From: a virus
Taxonomy: Duplodnaviria; Caudoviricetes
DNA: 49,614 nt
Virus record (IMG/VR): IMGVR_UViG_3300033562_001124
Location: 1-49,614 of that record
Direction: 5' to 3' (one strand)
Numbering within the stretch: position 1 is the first letter of the stretch; each line of letters starts with the position of its first letter. Below are positions 24,778-34,866 of the stretch, piece by piece. The notes under the pieces were generated by a model. The model ran no database searches. It worked only from the letters and a program-made list of their open reading frames with translations, and had not been told where the DNA came from. A program made the position numbers and the translations under genes.

Positions 24778-27700
24778 CTTATATTCAACTCCAGTAAAGT
24801 TCCAAAAACATTAGTATTATTCAAATCATTACGAATGCCTACAGGTTGCTGTCTTAGATTGACAGGTGCTTCAATATACTCCACCATAAATTCTAAAGAA
24901 ACACCAACAGCACTCATGCCCACTGTAACACAAGGTATCGGTTGGTTATTCGTACATTCTTCCCATGGAATCTGTCCAACTACTCGACTATATACTTTAA
25001 ATGAATTCCTAAATATATCGTATATTTCGATAACCGAATTACTTCTTCCCATTATCCAAGTTATTTTGGAGGAAGATACTGTATCTGCAACTGTTAATTC
25101 TCTAAGCTTTATGGCTTCAGAAAACCATAATTTTTTACCGTTGATATGAATATCTTTTATGGTACTGTATGTTAAATTTTCTCTAATAGTGGTAATTGCA
25201 ATATCAAGATATCCAGAAAACTCAAGTTCCCAATTACCACTTGTCAAAGAATTAATCTCTTGAACAGTATTCCGATTCAAAGAAGAAAGCTCAACCGCTT
25301 TATTTAGGGCTTCATATTCATCATTTGGGGAAAGTCCGGTCTTACTCCAAACATCAGATCCGTTTATGTAATACCAATCAGTATCACCAACGTTACCATG
25401 AACTACTGGATCTCTTGAAGCAATGCTTCTCCATGCTGCACTTTTAAAAACTTTATAAGTATCGGAAGTTTGTCCGAAAGACATGGACACAAAATTACCA
25501 AAGTTATCATTTGCAAATCCAGGATAAGCGGTAGAAGGTGCTGTTAACGGAATAGATTGTGTCAGATCAAATATATGACCAACTGAAAATTCTAATTCGT
25601 CAATAAAACCATTGAAACAATTACCTAAACTATCATCATGTGTTCCTACGCAAACCGGTGTATGTGTCGGGTTAAATTTAGCTGTACCGATATTGTGGGT
25701 TGAATCAATAGAGTTACCAATCTTTATTACCAATGTGCCGTACATCCGAACTACTTCAATGTAAGTCCAAGTATTCAATGGAATTTGAGCAGTTGAATTT
25801 AGGAATACTTCATTTGTCCCGTCAGTAGAATAAGCCAATGACAAATTACCATTAATTATAGATAATCGGTAAGACCTCTTATTTCCTGAAATTGTCCATT
25901 TTGATAATATTGTGGTATCAGTAATTAAACTTAGATTATATACAAAGCATTTTATTTTAAAAGGAATATCAGACAAGGAATACAACCCTAATCTTGTTGA
26001 TCGTAAATACCCGATCCTAAAATCAATACTTGTACTTGAAAGATTGAATTGTGTATTCGTAAATACAGGAGAACCAACAGTGGTTGACAAATTCTGTTCG
26101 TATTTTGAAGAGTCAGAAAAGATTGAAGATCCTGCTGTTCCAGGATGTATTAGTAAAATTATATGTGGATCTGATCCATCAAAAACATAGTCAAGTAGAG
26201 GAACATAGGCTACTACTCTCTGGACATCTGTATTTGCTGGCATCCTTTTTCTTGGTAATGCTTTTTCGGCAATCATTGTTGAATTTGGAATAGCTTGTCC
26301 GTATATACAATCTGAATTAGTTAAAACATTCAAGGTTGTGTATACTTTTACATCTCTAACACAAACGCCTGTTTCGTAATCATTCCTTCTCCATAAAGTA
26401 TTTATAATTCTATCTAATTCCAAAGTTTCTGGAAATACTACAATTAACCGTAATTTCTTATTTTCGTTATAGCAGAAAAATCTTTCTGAAGAAACGGATA
26501 AGTCTAAATCTAATCCTGATGTTGAAAATAATTTGCTTTCAGTGGTATCATTTCCTTTGTATGAAAAGAAAAAACTCCAGTTGCTCGGTTCTATTTTATT
26601 TGACTCCATTAAGAAAAATATAGACTCAATGGCAATTGCTGGATAACTGTAATTGTGGGTATTTTCTATATCAAAAACTACTGACCTTGCTTTGTATATC
26701 TTTGTATTTCTTTTTGATAGAACAGGTAAATGAAATCTACCATCCAGATAATCATAGTCAACGGTATCTATTCCAAATACACAAGTGCTTAAAGTGACTC
26801 CATCTGTTATAGCAGCATTATAAGAACTTGAAGGAGTTGTTGAATCTAAAGTTACTTTCACAACTACATTTTTTGCACCACGATAACTTTCATGTGACGG
26901 TCCAGAACCGTTAACAACCCGTATTTCATCAAACTCTTTTATTACATCAAACTTCACATAAATTCTCTGGTTAGTTGGCTGACCAGAAGCAGACATATAT
27001 AAATAAGTATCATTAATAAGGTAACCTGTATTGAATGCCCTTACAGCGTAATAATTGGTATTGTAATAAGATGTTTGACCACAAGTCCATGTTCCTTCAT
27101 ATGGAATAAGTTGTCCACGTAAAAAGAATTCTATTTTCCGCATTGCTACAAATGAAGCATCCCCGTAATTATTAGCAATATCAAAAACCACAGACCTTGC
27201 TTCAACTGATTTCTTTCTTTGGAGTTTTAAACCGAATCTTTCTTTAGCCCATTCTGGGTTAAGCATTTGCTTAACCTCTCCAGAGAATAAAAGTCTGGAG
27301 TTAGATACTGCGGCATTATACGTAGTATCCGTTATAACATCATCTGTTATTTTTATTGTAATATTTTTAACGCCGGTTGTATACTCTGCATAGTTATTAT
27401 GAAAATTTATAAGATTGAAATCATCCATGTAAAACGGTTTATCTGCAACAAGAATGATCCTTTGATTAGTTGCATTATTCTCTCCGCTTTTCCAACAGTA
27501 GTTGACGGAACCACCAGTATATTTTCTCAACGAACAAGCGTTCTTCAGTTTATATCCAGAGGATTGTTCAGATGTTGAATAAAAGCTCCAATTTTCCACA
27601 TACAATGCTTGGTTCTTTAGTCTTGGACAAAAATGTTTTATTCCCATATTTGTTCCTCCCCAGTTATCAGCAATATCAATTACAATTGATCTTCCCTTTA

Positions 27701-29702
27701 TTGCGTCAGGAGGAACTTCTTCATCCACTACAAATGCTAAATCTTCTCCACTCCAATAAACTCCTGTTGTGAAATTCTGAATGTTTTGAATTTCTATTTT
27801 CAAACTACTAATCATATGTGCTTTTGGGAACATCACAAAATCTGACCATTGTCCAGATTCTGTTTGATCTTTAAACACATGGTTTTTTATAAAAAACCCA
27901 TCAACTGTAAAATCGTCAGTTGTACTCCCGTATATTCTAATTCCTTTTACACTATTTTGGAAAGATACATTAGTAGTCGTCATTGCCTTCCAAGAAAATC
28001 CTGATATGTTCATTGGACTTACAAAATTTAGGTAAATCGTATGACTTCCATTCACAACTGGTGTTTCTGCATCTTGTAACACTGTGTATACTCCTCCTGC
28101 AGAAGAATGTGCACCACGAAATAATTGGATTGGATTTTCGTGTGTATATCTTGTTGTTTTATCTGATCCTATAACTCCTTTCCTATATGGTTTTCCAACA
28201 TACAGAACCTTCTGATACTTATTATAATTTAATTGATCAATTAATATAGTAGAAACGGCTCCTGGAACAAATCTATTATTTGAAATTTTTAAGGTTTCAT
28301 ACTTGGAGTTTTTGGAGGTTTTGTAAAAGTTTTCTAAAGTTCTCCCCAAACAATTATTGAAATTATATATTGAATTGACATTAAAGTAATTACCAGAACT
28401 TAATATAAGGCCTTCATTGTAAAGGGCTAAAACATCCACAGTTGAAGTTATTTCTCTTTTAAATATCCTAATATTGTAAATAGAAAAGCTATAATAGGAC
28501 CCAGAATAACTCGTGTCATCTAAAATTAACGTACCTTTATATCCGTCAATTGATCCAATATATGGCTTAACTACTACAGGAGTAGAATTAGTGTATACTT
28601 GTACACCGTTTTTAAACATTCTTATTCCACTGGGTCCTAAAGACACCACATAATGGTCTCTTGCAGAAGGAGATGGTGCCGATGCTGGACTTGCGGTGAC
28701 TAATGATGTAAGTGCGCTGCTTAAACCAGTTGAATTGTATTGAACCTGTAAGTAGTTGCTTGCATTAAATCCTAGATAAAAAACTCCCACCATTTGAAGG
28801 ACTTTCCCACCATATCCATACGGTCCAGTTCTAAAAAAAGAGAAGGAGTAACTTCCATCCTCAGTAATTCTAAAATCAATTTTTTTATTTTGTATAGCAT
28901 TTGGACCACCTGTTAATGGTGTTAAATTATTGCCTAAAAAATTATACATATCCTCTTTTTCATCAATTGGATTTATTGTGTGAGAAGTACCATTACATTT
29001 AATAGTATTTATAAGAGGGGCATGTAATAAAGCAGTTGAATCTGAAAAAAAATCTAAAGGAACACCATTATTTGGATAAAATCTTTGTTCTAAACCACAG
29101 ACAATAACTGAATTAGAAGCTGTACCATCACCAACTATTGTTTCTATTGTGAATTCATTGTTTACAATAGAGCCTTCACATATTTTTTCATTGGCTGTAC
29201 CAGGACCAATAGGAACAGCCACTCCAGAAGAATCTACAAAATGTCCTTTATTGTAATTGGTATCTATTAAAAATCTATACGCATTATTTTTAACATCTTT
29301 CTGGGATATTAAAGCTTTATTTGAACTTAAATTTATCCTTTTCAAATCTGTAGGTATTTTATGTCTTGAATATTTCCTATTATCTATGAACCAGTTAAAC
29401 CATTTCTGAACATCAGCTTCAAATGTAATAGCACAAGCATCAATCCTGTCATAAATGTCAGCATTATAATTACCTGAATCATCTATACAAATTGCGATTA
29501 TCTTATTTAATTCAGTGGTATTTAATTGGATTTTCCAACTATTATCTGAATTTACTTTTGTACTTCCCATAATAGCCATAGTGCTTCTATGTAAAGCAAT
29601 TACACGCCTTTGTCCAATTATTCCAGTTGCTACTACACCAGATATTTCACATTTTCTTGTTGTGTCTTTGGGGAGTTCAAAACCTACCATGCTATAAAAC
29701 AT
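24774..29702 (-). CDS. Large tail fibre / receptor-binding protein with LamG-like domains and three tandem modules
   Basis: 1642 aa; LamG-like motifs (WTYIEVVR, F.GFIDEL, NIRIFKR); repeated RSVVFDI. Confidence 0.7.
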   Translation of the reverse strand: MFYSMVGFELPKDTTRKCEISGVVATGIIGQRRVIALHRSTMAIMGSTKVNSDNSWKIQLNTTELNKIIAICIDDSGNYNADIYDRIDACAITFEADVQKWFNWFIDNRKYSRHKIPTDLKRINLSSNKALISQKDVKNNAYRFLIDTNYNKGHFVDSSGVAVPIGPGTANEKICEGSIVNNEFTIETIVGDGTASNSVIVCGLEQRFYPNNGVPLDFFSDSTALLHAPLINTIKCNGTSHTINPIDEKEDMYNFLGNNLTPLTGGPNAIQNKKIDFRITEDGSYSFSFFRTGPYGYGGKVLQMVGVFYLGFNASNYLQVQYNSTGLSSALTSLVTASPASAPSPSARDHYVVSLGPSGIRMFKNGVQVYTNSTPVVVKPYIGSIDGYKGTLILDDTSYSGSYYSFSIYNIRIFKREITSTVDVLALYNEGLILSSGNYFNVNSIYNFNNCLGRTLENFYKTSKNSKYETLKISNNRFVPGAVSTILIDQLNYNKYQKVLYVGKPYRKGVIGSDKTTRYTHENPIQLFRGAHSSAGGVYTVLQDAETPVVNGSHTIYLNFVSPMNISGFSWKAMTTTNVSFQNSVKGIRIYGSTTDDFTVDGFFIKNHVFKDQTESGQWSDFVMFPKAHMISSLKIEIQNIQNFTTGVYWSGEDLAFVVDEEVPPDAIKGRSIVIDIADNWGGTNMGIKHFCPRLKNQALYVENWSFYSTSEQSSGYKLKNACSLRKYTGGSVNYCWKSGENNATNQRIILVADKPFYMDDFNLINFHNNYAEYTTGVKNITIKITDDVITDTTYNAAVSNSRLLFSGEVKQMLNPEWAKERFGLKLQRKKSVEARSVVFDIANNYGDASFVAMRKIEFFLRGQLIPYEGTWTCGQTSYYNTNYYAVRAFNTGYLINDTYLYMSASGQPTNQRIYVKFDVIKEFDEIRVVNGSGPSHESYRGAKNVVVKVTLDSTTPSSSYNAAITDGVTLSTCVFGIDTVDYDYLDGRFHLPVLSKRNTKIYKARSVVFDIENTHNYSYPAIAIESIFFLMESNKIEPSNWSFFFSYKGNDTTESKLFSTSGLDLDLSVSSERFFCYNENKKLRLIVVFPETLELDRIINTLWRRNDYETGVCVRDVKVYTTLNVLTNSDCIYGQAIPNSTMIAEKALPRKRMPANTDVQRVVAYVPLLDYVFDGSDPHIILLIHPGTAGSSIFSDSSKYEQNLSTTVGSPVFTNTQFNLSSTSIDFRIGYLRSTRLGLYSLSDIPFKIKCFVYNLSLITDTTILSKWTISGNKRSYRLSIINGNLSLAYSTDGTNEVFLNSTAQIPLNTWTYIEVVRMYGTLVIKIGNSIDSTHNIGTAKFNPTHTPVCVGTHDDSLGNCFNGFIDELEFSVGHIFDLTQSIPLTAPSTAYPGFANDNFGNFVSMSFGQTSDTYKVFKSAAWRSIASRDPVVHGNVGDTDWYYINGSDVWSKTGLSPNDEYEALNKAVELSSLNRNTVQEINSLTSGNWELEFSGYLDIAITTIRENLTYSTIKDIHINGKKLWFSEAIKLRELTVADTVSSSKITWIMGRSNSVIEIYDIFRNSFKVYSRVVGQIPWEECTNNQPIPCVTVGMSAVGVSLEFMVEYIEAPVNLRQQPVGIRNDLNNTNVFGTLLELNIR

Positions 29703-30690
29703 TTCTAAATCCCTCCCCAGATATTATACCGATAGTTCTAAGCAAGTCGTATGCTTCTGTTCCAACACGGTACTTAAATAAATGCAGTGTCCTTGAAGCA
29801 TCTGCCAACGTTATCTCAGAATCTTCTAATGCATTAGATGCATTGCCATTGTGTCCATATTTAATTAATGGATTCAAAAGACCAGGTAACCATCCCAACA
29901 TTACAGGAACACCTTGTATCATATCGTAAATGAATGGTACAGAAAAATGGACAACGTTATTTATTGGGCTAAGTTGGTAAGACTCTCCTATTCCTAATTC
30001 TTCAAATTGGGAACCAGAAGATAAAGATGCCCAACCTGATGGACCACAATTCATCAGAGAATTACGCATAGTAATATATCTGGAGGTTGTTATATCTTTT
30101 TCTGGAACATCTCCAAACATACCAGTAGTTGTTGATGTATCTACTCTGGCTGATTGGAACCAGTTTTTGATAAATGAAATATCAGCTTTTATATAATCAC
30201 CGATATATGTCACAAACCACATCTTGCCATCACCAGTTAAATTACTATTAGCAGATAGATAAGGTCTCCATAAAAACCAGAAACCTAAATTATCACCAAT
30301 GAATATCCAATGAATACCATCAGGATGTGTAGTGCCGTTAGTATTTCCAATTGGTAAATAGTGTTGGTTTCCTGCAGGTGGACACATTGTTAAATTGTTA
30401 TCGTCAATGCTACCCATTGATTCATAAGAGGTTATTGTCACAAGATTTGAATCTTTGCCATCATTAGAACTGTTCACTTTAAGAAAAGTTCCAGTTCCAT
30501 CTTGGCTATTTCTAAATGCTCTTGTGTAGGTATCCCCACTTACATACTCATGTGTCCATCCTAATGAAGGTAATGAACCATAACCATCGACTAAAACAGC
30601 CTTCAAAAGATTTGGGAAACTACCATAAGTATTTGCCCACAACTTAGGGGCACCTACATCTGTCCATTTTCGAACTAAACCGATTGCCAT
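29692..30690 (-). CDS. Tail-associated structural protein
   Basis: D.GAP.L, LLKAVLVDGYG...LGW motifs recalled from siphovirus tail proteins; position. Confidence 0.55.
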   Translation of the reverse strand: MAIGLVRKWTDVGAPKLWANTYGSFPNLLKAVLVDGYGSLPSLGWTHEYVSGDTYTRAFRNSQDGTGTFLKVNSSNDGKDSNLVTITSYESMGSIDDNNLTMCPPAGNQHYLPIGNTNGTTHPDGIHWIFIGDNLGFWFLWRPYLSANSNLTGDGKMWFVTYIGDYIKADISFIKNWFQSARVDTSTTTGMFGDVPEKDITTSRYITMRNSLMNCGPSGWASLSSGSQFEELGIGESYQLSPINNVVHFSVPFIYDMIQGVPVMLGWLPGLLNPLIKYGHNGNASNALEDSEITLADASRTLHLFKYRVGTEAYDLLRTIGIISGEGFRNVL

Positions 30691-30742
30691 AAAACGCTCC
30701 TTTTATGTTATTGCATATAAATATCACATAAAAAAATATTAA

Positions 30743-32416
30743 TCAACTGGCATTGCCTCGTATCTGGGTAATATACGAGTCGTTCTTTTCCGTAGTTGGT
30801 CCTTGTAATGTTGTTCGTATAAACCAAATAGGATAATTTGCACCAGCTACATTGAAACGAATAACGTTTCCAGAAGAGTACCCTGTTCCAAAACCACCAT
30901 GAAGCATTGTAAATATTGGAAGACCTGTATTCGGATTTACAGGGGAAACATTACTTGAAGTGTTTCCAGTACCTATTACACCAAGATTTTCACCAACAAT
31001 ATTGAAAGTCGTTGGAGAAGTGAAAATTAAAGCAAACCTTTCTTGTATAGCACTAAGGTTATTTACTTGAATTGGATAATTCACAAAATCATATCCAGCA
31101 AGTGGTTCATTTCCAATTAATGAGTCAGACCATTCACCAGTCCAAGAAGTCTGTTTGAACATATTAAAAGCTCTGCTTTGTAAATCATCCATAGGCAACA
31201 CAGAAGAAACGTAAGTATCATCGGCATCGTAATTATGGCGTAATTTCGAAGTAAGTGAAAGATGTCCGGTTATCTGGACATTAGAAACCAAACACATATC
31301 TTCCACTTTGCTGACAGCTACAAGTGGTTGTGTAAATCCAACAAGTGAAAGTGGATTAGCCATTGCAACAATCCCTGTTGTAAGATTTGCTGAAAATTTG
31401 GTATCTGGAACCCATGCTCCAAGTTGATCATACAAATCAACATATGATAAATCAGTTCTGCCAATATCAAATGTCTGATCTGCTATCAAGTTATTTGGTG
31501 CTGTAAATGATTTAGTGTTGTGTACAACAATAACTTGACCGTCTCTGAATATCTGCACTTTACCATCAAGAGGCAATCTTACTGGATCAAGTTTTAAAAG
31601 ATCTGAATCAAGAGGTAGGTAGTTCACAATCACACAGTTGATTGTAACTGTTTTAAAATCAAGTGAAAAAGGTTTCCATATCTGGGTATCATCTTCACTT
31701 AGATTGTCAGGGTGATACCATTCCATAAGTCGATTCGCTGGTGTATTTTCAACAAATTCTCCGAAATCAAGTCTACCAATACCAGTTTCACTGTTGATAT
31801 ATCCAAGAACTCCAGTACCAGAAACTTGACCATTGAAATTAGAAGTACCAGTAATTATTGTTCCATTTGACAATTCACCTTTCACAGTCAAAGAACCTGA
31901 ACGTATCGGTGCACCTGGTGTTCTAAAAATAATGCTGCTTACTGTCTGATTATTAGACATTGCTGATACGTGAGACACCGTCATATTTAACAAAGCGGAG
32001 TTTGAGAAAAACAAAGCTGAGGGCTCTGATAGTTCTAATGTTTTGGTTGTGTAGTCAACTACTCCTACTTTTGTGGGGTTTTCTGTATTGTCTCCACCAA
32101 TACCTGTAAACAACTCTCCTTCACGATCTACTATTTCAACATTATTAAATGAAGCATGGATTGAACCTTTAACAAGCTCAGATGCCTGATTCTCCGTGAT
32201 TTTAAACTTCTTGTTTAATGTGGTTTGGTAACTCTTTGAAGTAGGTGTGCTTCCCACTTCAAGAAAGACCACCTTTACGGTTGAAGTCGCATTTGGAAAT
32301 AATGTCAAAGTTTGACTCGAATCAACTGCTGGTGCAGTATAAGAGGATGATATATGCCTCGCAGGTTTACTGTAACCAGAAGCTATTCCTGTTTTAATTG
32401 CTGGAATATTTCCCAT
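30743..32416 (-). CDS. Tail structural protein (C-terminal part of a usually larger protein)
   Basis: LPLD..LL.LDPVRLP.DG.V.IFR; AAGGAG SD. Confidence 0.6.
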   Translation of the reverse strand: MGNIPAIKTGIASGYSKPARHISSSYTAPAVDSSQTLTLFPNATSTVKVVFLEVGSTPTSKSYQTTLNKKFKITENQASELVKGSIHASFNNVEIVDREGELFTGIGGDNTENPTKVGVVDYTTKTLELSEPSALFFSNSALLNMTVSHVSAMSNNQTVSSIIFRTPGAPIRSGSLTVKGELSNGTIITGTSNFNGQVSGTGVLGYINSETGIGRLDFGEFVENTPANRLMEWYHPDNLSEDDTQIWKPFSLDFKTVTINCVIVNYLPLDSDLLKLDPVRLPLDGKVQIFRDGQVIVVHNTKSFTAPNNLIADQTFDIGRTDLSYVDLYDQLGAWVPDTKFSANLTTGIVAMANPLSLVGFTQPLVAVSKVEDMCLVSNVQITGHLSLTSKLRHNYDADDTYVSSVLPMDDLQSRAFNMFKQTSWTGEWSDSLIGNEPLAGYDFVNYPIQVNNLSAIQERFALIFTSPTTFNIVGENLGVIGTGNTSSNVSPVNPNTGLPIFTMLHGGFGTGYSSGNVIRFNVAGANYPIWFIRTTLQGPTTEKNDSYITQIRGNAS

Positions 32417-32430
32417 TTCTAAAATCTCCT

Positions 32431-34482
32431 TTATATAGCGGTATTTACAAAGTCATATAAATTCAAAGCCACTGTTTCTTTTCTATCTGGAGAAAATGAT
32501 AAAATACCAGTGGCATAATCTATCGTAGCTGGAGTCCATTCTGTTGTATAATTAGCGGTGTTATATTTATCTAAATAACCAGTAGCTGGATTTGTATTAG
32601 GTTTGTCACTGTACTTATGTACAAAATCTCTTTGTTTTTGGATGATATGGTTATGTAATTGGGAAGATGTCCATCTTGTCAGAATATTTGTCCACTCGAT
32701 AATAATAGAACCCGGTGAAATATTATTGGTATTATTCAGATCCAACACAATTCTGTTTGTTCCAGATCTTCCGGGATTCACAAACTCCCGTTCAATTATA
32801 TTCGAACGGTCATAGGCAATATCGAAAGTTTGATTATTAGGTGGGGTTACTTGTAGAGCATTAAGTACAACCTTACCGTTGCCATAATTTATAGTCCCAA
32901 CTGGGGTTGCTCCATTCATGACAACACCAGCCGAATTATCAGTCAAAGAATAAAGTACACTGTCCTGGGTCCAACTTATCGAAAGCGTTCCTGGAGTAAT
33001 TCCATCATCTTCCAAATAAAAATCGTAACAGAATGGAACAGAAACTCCTGATAAATCTGTATAGTCTGATTTATCAGACCAAGTGACTAAGAGGTACGAA
33101 TTGAGATCTGGCATTTCACCAAGTGAAATTGAAATACTTCCAGTGGTGAAGTTAACTACGGCTGTTCCTATTGTAATAGAAGAACCGCGAATTAGTCCAT
33201 TACCACTATCCCACATTGAATACCATTTACCGTTAACCATATATTCTAATTTAACAGAACCTGGAACTGGAACTGGGGAACATGCAAATGTGTATACAAA
33301 TCCTCTATTGTTTGAAGTAATGAATACACCACCAGTATAACCGAGTTGTGCAGAAACACATCCAGGAACATATTCTACTGTTCCAGAGAAATTCTTGTCA
33401 GTTGGTAAAGATACCCAACTAACATAACCAGTTTCATAAAGTATAGAACCTACTATAGTTGAACCCTTTATGACATTACCAGTTCCATCATCTGATATCT
33501 GCTCTGATGGTATTGAGAAAGTACCTTGACGAATTGCTTCACCTATAATGAATGTATTTCCATTATACATTGAAAAAGCCATTGTCTTTGAAACAGGAAC
33601 TTCTGCTAATTGAGTTTGCAGAACCATGGAAGTTGTTTTACCAATACTGTAATCAACTATGCCAGTTTCTGATTGGGCTGCTGGTACTATCGACTTTTTA
33701 ACATCATCAACAACAATTACCAAATCATCAATCTCTTCATCCGCGGCTAATTTAGTTACTCCGTAGTATCTTGCAGCATCAACATCAACCGAAGTATATA
33801 TTTTAGTTGGAGTAGTGGCGTAGTCGGTTGTGGCAAAAACTTCTGTTCCTGGAAAGTCTGTTTGAAGAATCTGACCAAAAATTAAACTGACAATCTTCTT
33901 TACAAATGTGTGGAAGGCATTATTTTTTTCAATTGTAAAAGATCTAACCTCTGAACTCACATCCATAATTCTCAAGTATTGCTGCACCAGTGGAATACCA
34001 GTACCGTTTAAATCTTCATCAGTCTCAAAAACAATTACATCTCCGATCTCAGGATCGGGCCATTCTTTAGAAGTTTGAAGCATTGCAATTTTAGAACCAT
34101 AATAATGATTGCCCCATAATGCGGCACCGAGAGTAGTTCCTTTACCTTTGTAATTTTCTATTCGTGATTGAGCTTGATCACGTTTGTCAAACCAATCCTT
34201 TGTTGTGAAGAATAAAATGGACACAAATGGATCTTCTGCTTTCTTGGTCAAAATCAAATGTGAACCATAGTAAGTAGCTCTATTTGAGGTATTGACTGCA
34301 ACAAAACATTTTCTTAGAGATACCCTTCCATAAACAGAATCCATAAGAGATATATCGGGAAATAAACCGTTAATCTCTCCATTGGTCAATTCTTGTGAGG
34401 TCATCTGACCTCCACCATCATCCGTCTCATCCAATACTTCACTCTTAAATATGACAATATCTTCCCTGTTGATATCAGCCAT
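32431..34482 (-). CDS. Tail structural protein (N-terminal part)
   Basis: DDGGG.MT, LFPDIS..D..YGRVSLRK; follows the distal-tail-like gene. Confidence 0.6.
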   Translation of the reverse strand: MADINREDIVIFKSEVLDETDDGGGQMTSQELTNGEINGLFPDISLMDSVYGRVSLRKCFVAVNTSNRATYYGSHLILTKKAEDPFVSILFFTTKDWFDKRDQAQSRIENYKGKGTTLGAALWGNHYYGSKIAMLQTSKEWPDPEIGDVIVFETDEDLNGTGIPLVQQYLRIMDVSSEVRSFTIEKNNAFHTFVKKIVSLIFGQILQTDFPGTEVFATTDYATTPTKIYTSVDVDAARYYGVTKLAADEEIDDLVIVVDDVKKSIVPAAQSETGIVDYSIGKTTSMVLQTQLAEVPVSKTMAFSMYNGNTFIIGEAIRQGTFSIPSEQISDDGTGNVIKGSTIVGSILYETGYVSWVSLPTDKNFSGTVEYVPGCVSAQLGYTGGVFITSNNRGFVYTFACSPVPVPGSVKLEYMVNGKWYSMWDSGNGLIRGSSITIGTAVVNFTTGSISISLGEMPDLNSYLLVTWSDKSDYTDLSGVSVPFCYDFYLEDDGITPGTLSISWTQDSVLYSLTDNSAGVVMNGATPVGTINYGNGKVVLNALQVTPPNNQTFDIAYDRSNIIEREFVNPGRSGTNRIVLDLNNTNNISPGSIIIEWTNILTRWTSSQLHNHIIQKQRDFVHKYSDKPNTNPATGYLDKYNTANYTTEWTPATIDYATGILSFSPDRKETVALNLYDFVNTAI

Positions 34483-34485
34483 TGT

Positions 34486-34866
34486 CTAAACCTCCACAAA
34501 TTTTAAAGCGTTAACAATATACAAATTAGCTGTACCATATCCATGAGAAATGAATGGAACAACTTCAATTGCTGAACCTTCTGAGTTTCTCCATCTTACA
34601 GTGAAAACACGTTCATCAACCAAAGTAATTGAAAATGTTTTGTTCAATGTATTCTGTGAAGCTTTTAAGGATACAAGCTGTGAACGGGTGATAAGATTCA
34701 TGTTCTCACTTCCAGCAAGAGTTATTGTCCTTCCCTTCAGTAAAACACTTTCTTGTATAAACAAAGCTCCACTAACACTGTGATTCTGTGATTGTCGAAT
34801 ATCACACCAATCAAACTCATCAATCCAATCAAAGTTTGGAAGTCCTGTTATTGTGTCAATTATCAT
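34486..34866 (-). CDS. Distal-tail-like protein
   Basis: Directly after the tape measure; WIDEFDW, GAL, GR.ITL. Confidence 0.55.
   Translation of the reverse strand: MIIDTITGLPNFDWIDEFDWCDIRQSQNHSVSGALFIQESVLLKGRTITLAGSENMNLITRSQLVSLKASQNTLNKTFSITLVDERVFTVRWRNSEGSAIEVVPFISHGYGTANLYIVNALKFVEV

Noticed and set aside
24774-29702. Diversity-generating retroelement or invertible fibre cassette
   Set aside because: No reverse transcriptase, template repeat or invertase seen in the window
32416-32433. Stop-codon readthrough joining the two tail ORFs
   Set aside because: The ORFs are in different frames and the second has its own SD
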